A stretch of 64,000 nt of DNA, taken from contig CATNEN010000039.1 in NCBI GenBank assembly GCA_950097015.1, positions 20,398,001 through 20,462,000 of the forward strand. The letters run 5' to 3'. The position numbers and the translations under genes are program-made. The notes under the pieces were generated by a model that was not told the DNA's origin, ran no database searches, and was given only the letters and a program-made list of their open reading frames with translations. Origin of the DNA: Macrostomum hystrix (taxonomy: Eukaryota > Animalia > Platyhelminthes). This document shows positions 62,801 to 64,000 of the stretch, piece by piece (position 1 is the first letter of the stretch; each line of letters opens with the position of its first letter).

Positions 62801-63939
62801 GGCTATCCCGACAGCTGCATCTCGACTGTGGAGCAGCTCTCAAGCCCAGTGGTGGGCCGCACATTCCGCATCTATCCGCTACAGCTCATTGGTAGACTAG
62901 CTGGCAAGCTAGAGCTGTTTGGCTGCTCAGCGGCTACCTCAGTGGAGGCTCCGGCCGTGCCTGTCTGGCCCCATCAGCTGACTGTCACTCAGCGATCGTC
63001 AGCCGGTGCCTTCACCAGCTGGCCAGACGGCCCGCAGTCGTTGCTGTTGCCACTGACAGTCATTAACAGTGACTCCATTGGTAAATCATACGAACTGCCG
63101 GTGAATGCGTCGGTTCGAGTCACCTTTCCTGTTCCACATCGCGTATACAGCCTGATAACGGCTGGCTACAATGGATCGTATATTAGCACCTACGATATTG
63201 TCTTTGGCTCGACTGACGAATCTAAACCGGCGAGAGTTCCTAGAGCCAGCTTGCCAGACCGAACGCTTCTTGGTGGAGTTATTTCAGAGTTGAAGTTCGT
63301 GGAGGACCTGCCGTCGCCTGTGATTGCCAAGTACCTTGTACTGACGCCCAAGCAATACTATGGGGACGCGAAGCTTCAAATTGGTATTCTCGCCTTTCCA
63401 GTCGGTGAGTCATAGAAACGATTTTTGTCTTTGTTTTACGCTCGATCATAAAGACTCAAACTGTATAGAGCTTTCCTCAACTTGAATCATTAGAGTGCCC
63501 AGCGATTGCCAACACGTCACTGAGCACAGCTGTGAGCAGTCTCCCTGGCCAGATACAAATTTCGTTCATGCTGGACAGGCTGCACTACCTTACTAACCTG
63601 ACAGTGGTAGTTCGGTTAGCGCCCTATACGACTGACACAAATATTCTGCTCAGGGTTAATGGCAGTCAGGAGTCTTTGGTGAGTCTTCTATCACAGATAA
63701 AAAAAGTTTGAAAACCGTGGACAGAAGATCCGGAAAAACGATCAACGAATTTTCTAAAATTCATTCTGTCGTTAAATACTCGTATTATCTCGGTCTTTCT
63801 CAGCTGATTCCCGTGATCAACGGCACGAATTTTGTTTGGCTCAACCGCACATTCGCGACCAAAGCTGGAATCTTGGTAGCCAATTTAACGACTGTCGCCA
63901 GTCTGACTTTGGCTGACGCTTTCGGTTGTTCTACTGGAC
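32878..63939 (+). CDS. Giant multi-exon extracellular mosaic protein, partial (continues past the window): signal peptide, then repeated F5/8-type C (discoidin), C-type lectin, kringle-like, F-type lectin, farnesoic-acid-O-methyltransferase-like and PAN-like domains; about 50 exons
   Basis: Hydrophobic leader [23 protein letters not shown] then donor G|gtaag at 32956. Many GC-richer plus-strand exons with GT-AG ends encode e.g. [18 protein letters not shown]...CWH...[15 protein letters not shown]...C...C...[47 protein letters not shown]...KLELFGC. Not every junction was phase-checked. Confidence 0.8.
33029..33738 (+). CDS. First discoidin (F5/8 type C)-like domain; exons 33029-33378 and 33585-33738
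   Basis: [18 protein letters not shown]...[10 protein letters not shown] ... [21 protein letters not shown]; junction phases compatible. Confidence 0.7.
34075..34766 (-). mobile_element. SINE family A copy interrupted by a ~340-bp insertion (~34158-34497)
   Basis: SINE sequence stops at caattctgcccatt (~34157) and resumes at ccatttcgctgactcct (~34498). Confidence 0.7.
35920..36687. repeat. Intronic complex microsatellite of CCAGA(A/G)-based units
   Basis: About 770 bp of accagagaccagaaccagaga variants, almost T-free on the + strand, giving spurious ORFs in all frames. Confidence 0.95.
36724..37605 (+). CDS. C-type lectin domain 1; exons 36724-36898 and ~37385-37605
   Basis: [30 protein letters not shown]...GKLL; [19 protein letters not shown]...ECAAL...[12 protein letters not shown]. 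Confidence 0.85.
37905..38191 (-). mobile_element. tRNA-derived SINE family B
   Basis: Minus strand starts ggttgtagcctagtgg...ggttcg and carries ttgtgtccttaagcgagac. Homologous to 39550-39738; partial copies near 36975-37150, 43480-43600, 41270 and 51100. Confidence 0.7.
38637..39218. mobile_element. Foldback MITE family, copy 1
   Basis: Shares aaataccca.tgccta.ttcacgatag.tcccaaacc and catcgtcgaga with five other copies. Confidence 0.75.
39550..39738 (-). mobile_element. tRNA-derived SINE family B (internally deleted)
   Basis: Minus strand: ggttgtagcctaggagttagagcgtcggtctcgcg...ggggtttgattcccgactccac...ttgtgtcctttagcaagacacttaac. Confidence 0.75.
40828..42153 (+). CDS. F-type lectin (fucolectin/FTP)-like domain; exons ~40828-41067 and ~41927-42153
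   Basis: [14 protein letters not shown] ... LNNFSVRV...PVC...[14 protein letters not shown]...LSITSLQLH. Confidence 0.65.
41313..41884. mobile_element. Foldback MITE family, copy 2
   Basis: Ends acagtaaaaataccacg / cgtggtccttctactgttaa; internal inverted repeat atcgtcgagata / tatctcgacgat. Confidence 0.8.
43050..43403 (-). mobile_element. tRNA-derived SINE family A
   Basis: Full-length match to the family; B-box-like gttcgattcc on the minus strand. Confidence 0.8.
44620..45370. mobile_element. Foldback MITE family, copy 3, with a nested insertion
   Basis: Starts aaacagtagaaagacc. Family sequence is interrupted at 44773-44968. Confidence 0.8.
44773..44968 (-). mobile_element. Short 3'-end LINE-type insertion nested in the MITE
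   Basis: GC-rich 196 bp flanked by a 10-bp TSD cgtccgagtc (44763-44772, 44969-44978), with a minus-strand (AAGTC)-type tail. Confidence 0.7.
46710..47004 (-). mobile_element. tRNA-derived SINE family A
   Basis: Minus-strand head ggggtgagtggctgagcggttaacgcg...gagctcgattc. Confidence 0.8.
47290..47524 (-). mobile_element. SINE family A, deleted/diverged copy
   Basis: Retains gagggctgtgggca, tctgctttgacttt, aatgtggcc and gagctcagggacctt blocks. Confidence 0.65.
47882..48982 (+). CDS. C-type lectin domain 2; exons ~47882-48181 and ~48776-48982
   Basis: [15 protein letters not shown]...ARRVC...GDLLML; [19 protein letters not shown]...WRLGQP...MFACQ. Confidence 0.85.
48195..48706. mobile_element. 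Foldback MITE family, copy 4
   Basis: tttcaaatacccactgcctacttc ... atggtccttctactg. Confidence 0.75.
52608..53171. mobile_element. Foldback MITE family, copy 5
   Basis: Starts ttacagtaggaagaccacg; family core throughout. Confidence 0.8.
54680..55033 (-). mobile_element. tRNA-derived SINE family A (a partial plus-strand head also lies at ~55718-55840)
   Basis: Full family match from gcaggagggctgc to gccacttaacccc. Confidence 0.8.
55888..56960 (-). mobile_element. Ty3/Gypsy LTR retrotransposon 3' remnant: integrase C-terminal half, polypurine tract and 3' LTR (55888-56205)
   Basis: [28 protein letters not shown] (DDE Glu), an in-frame TAG, then HVWLR...[12 protein letters not shown]...VSIDRVKP (GPY/F). 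PPT gggtggggggag at ~56211-56222; LTR bounded TGT...ACA. Confidence 0.88.
57150..58170 (-). mobile_element. Unclassified GC-rich intronic insertion, possibly the decayed 5' end of a retroelement
   Basis: G-run-rich leader (57880-58160) followed on the minus strand by a short basic [19 protein letters not shown]. No diagnostic motif. Confidence 0.3.
59889..60553. mobile_element. Foldback MITE family, copy 6, with an internal (cagaaagaa)n tract at ~60408-60510
   Basis: Ends ttaacagtagaaatacc / ggttactctgctgttaa. Confidence 0.8.
60920..61445 (+). CDS. C-type lectin domain 3; exons ~60920-61127 and ~61211-61445
   Basis: [14 protein letters not shown]...VANDIC...GRLARM; VHIDG...NW...GDCL...WRTVACDS...FICEIP. 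Confidence 0.8.
61963..62095. repeat. 21-bp intronic tandem repeat
   Basis: Unit gacgcctcccaaatcca(c/t)ggt, ~6 imperfect copies. Confidence 0.85.
62244..63404 (+). CDS. Tandem discoidin (F5/8 type C) domains
   Basis: CDSPL; [21 protein letters not shown]...VTSYIILYS; [11 protein letters not shown]...KLELFGC; [17 protein letters not shown]...[11 protein letters not shown]...LQIGILAFP. Confidence 0.8.
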
Positions 63940-64000
63940 GTAAGTGTCAATCTTACATCATTTTTAGTAGAAAAATCGGCCTATACTTCATGTCGCTGAA

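Overview
Eukaryotic genomic DNA, with GC-rich exons, short AT-rich spliceosomal introns and many SINEs/MITEs. The style suggests an invertebrate, possibly a flatworm such as Macrostomum (inference only). Three genes can be reconstructed. (1) An 8-exon FCHo-type F-BAR + mu-homology endocytic adaptor (minus, 1170-5916). (2) A ~3,400-aa minus-strand gene (12341-25920) that the ORF track splits into unrelated pieces. Phase-compatible splicing, including a GC-AG intron, joins roughly 75 ankyrin repeats to a Mab-21/cGAS-like (cGLR-type) nucleotidyltransferase with an apparently intact catalytic triad. This is the most interesting object in the window. (3) A giant secreted or surface mosaic lectin-like gene (plus, 32878 to beyond the window end) built from repeated discoidin/F5-8C, C-type lectin, F-type lectin, kringle-like and other modules. 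It lies head-to-head with gene 2. Between genes 2 and 3 is a tyrosine-recombinase (DIRS/Ngaro-like) retrotransposon with a candidate -1 frameshift site and RT-RNaseH-YR in one frame. The window also holds a 5'-truncated RTE LINE with TSD, a Gypsy integrase/PPT/LTR remnant, two tRNA-derived SINE families, a six-copy foldback MITE, a hAT-like MITE and several minisatellites. Domain calls come from motif recognition by eye, with no database search.
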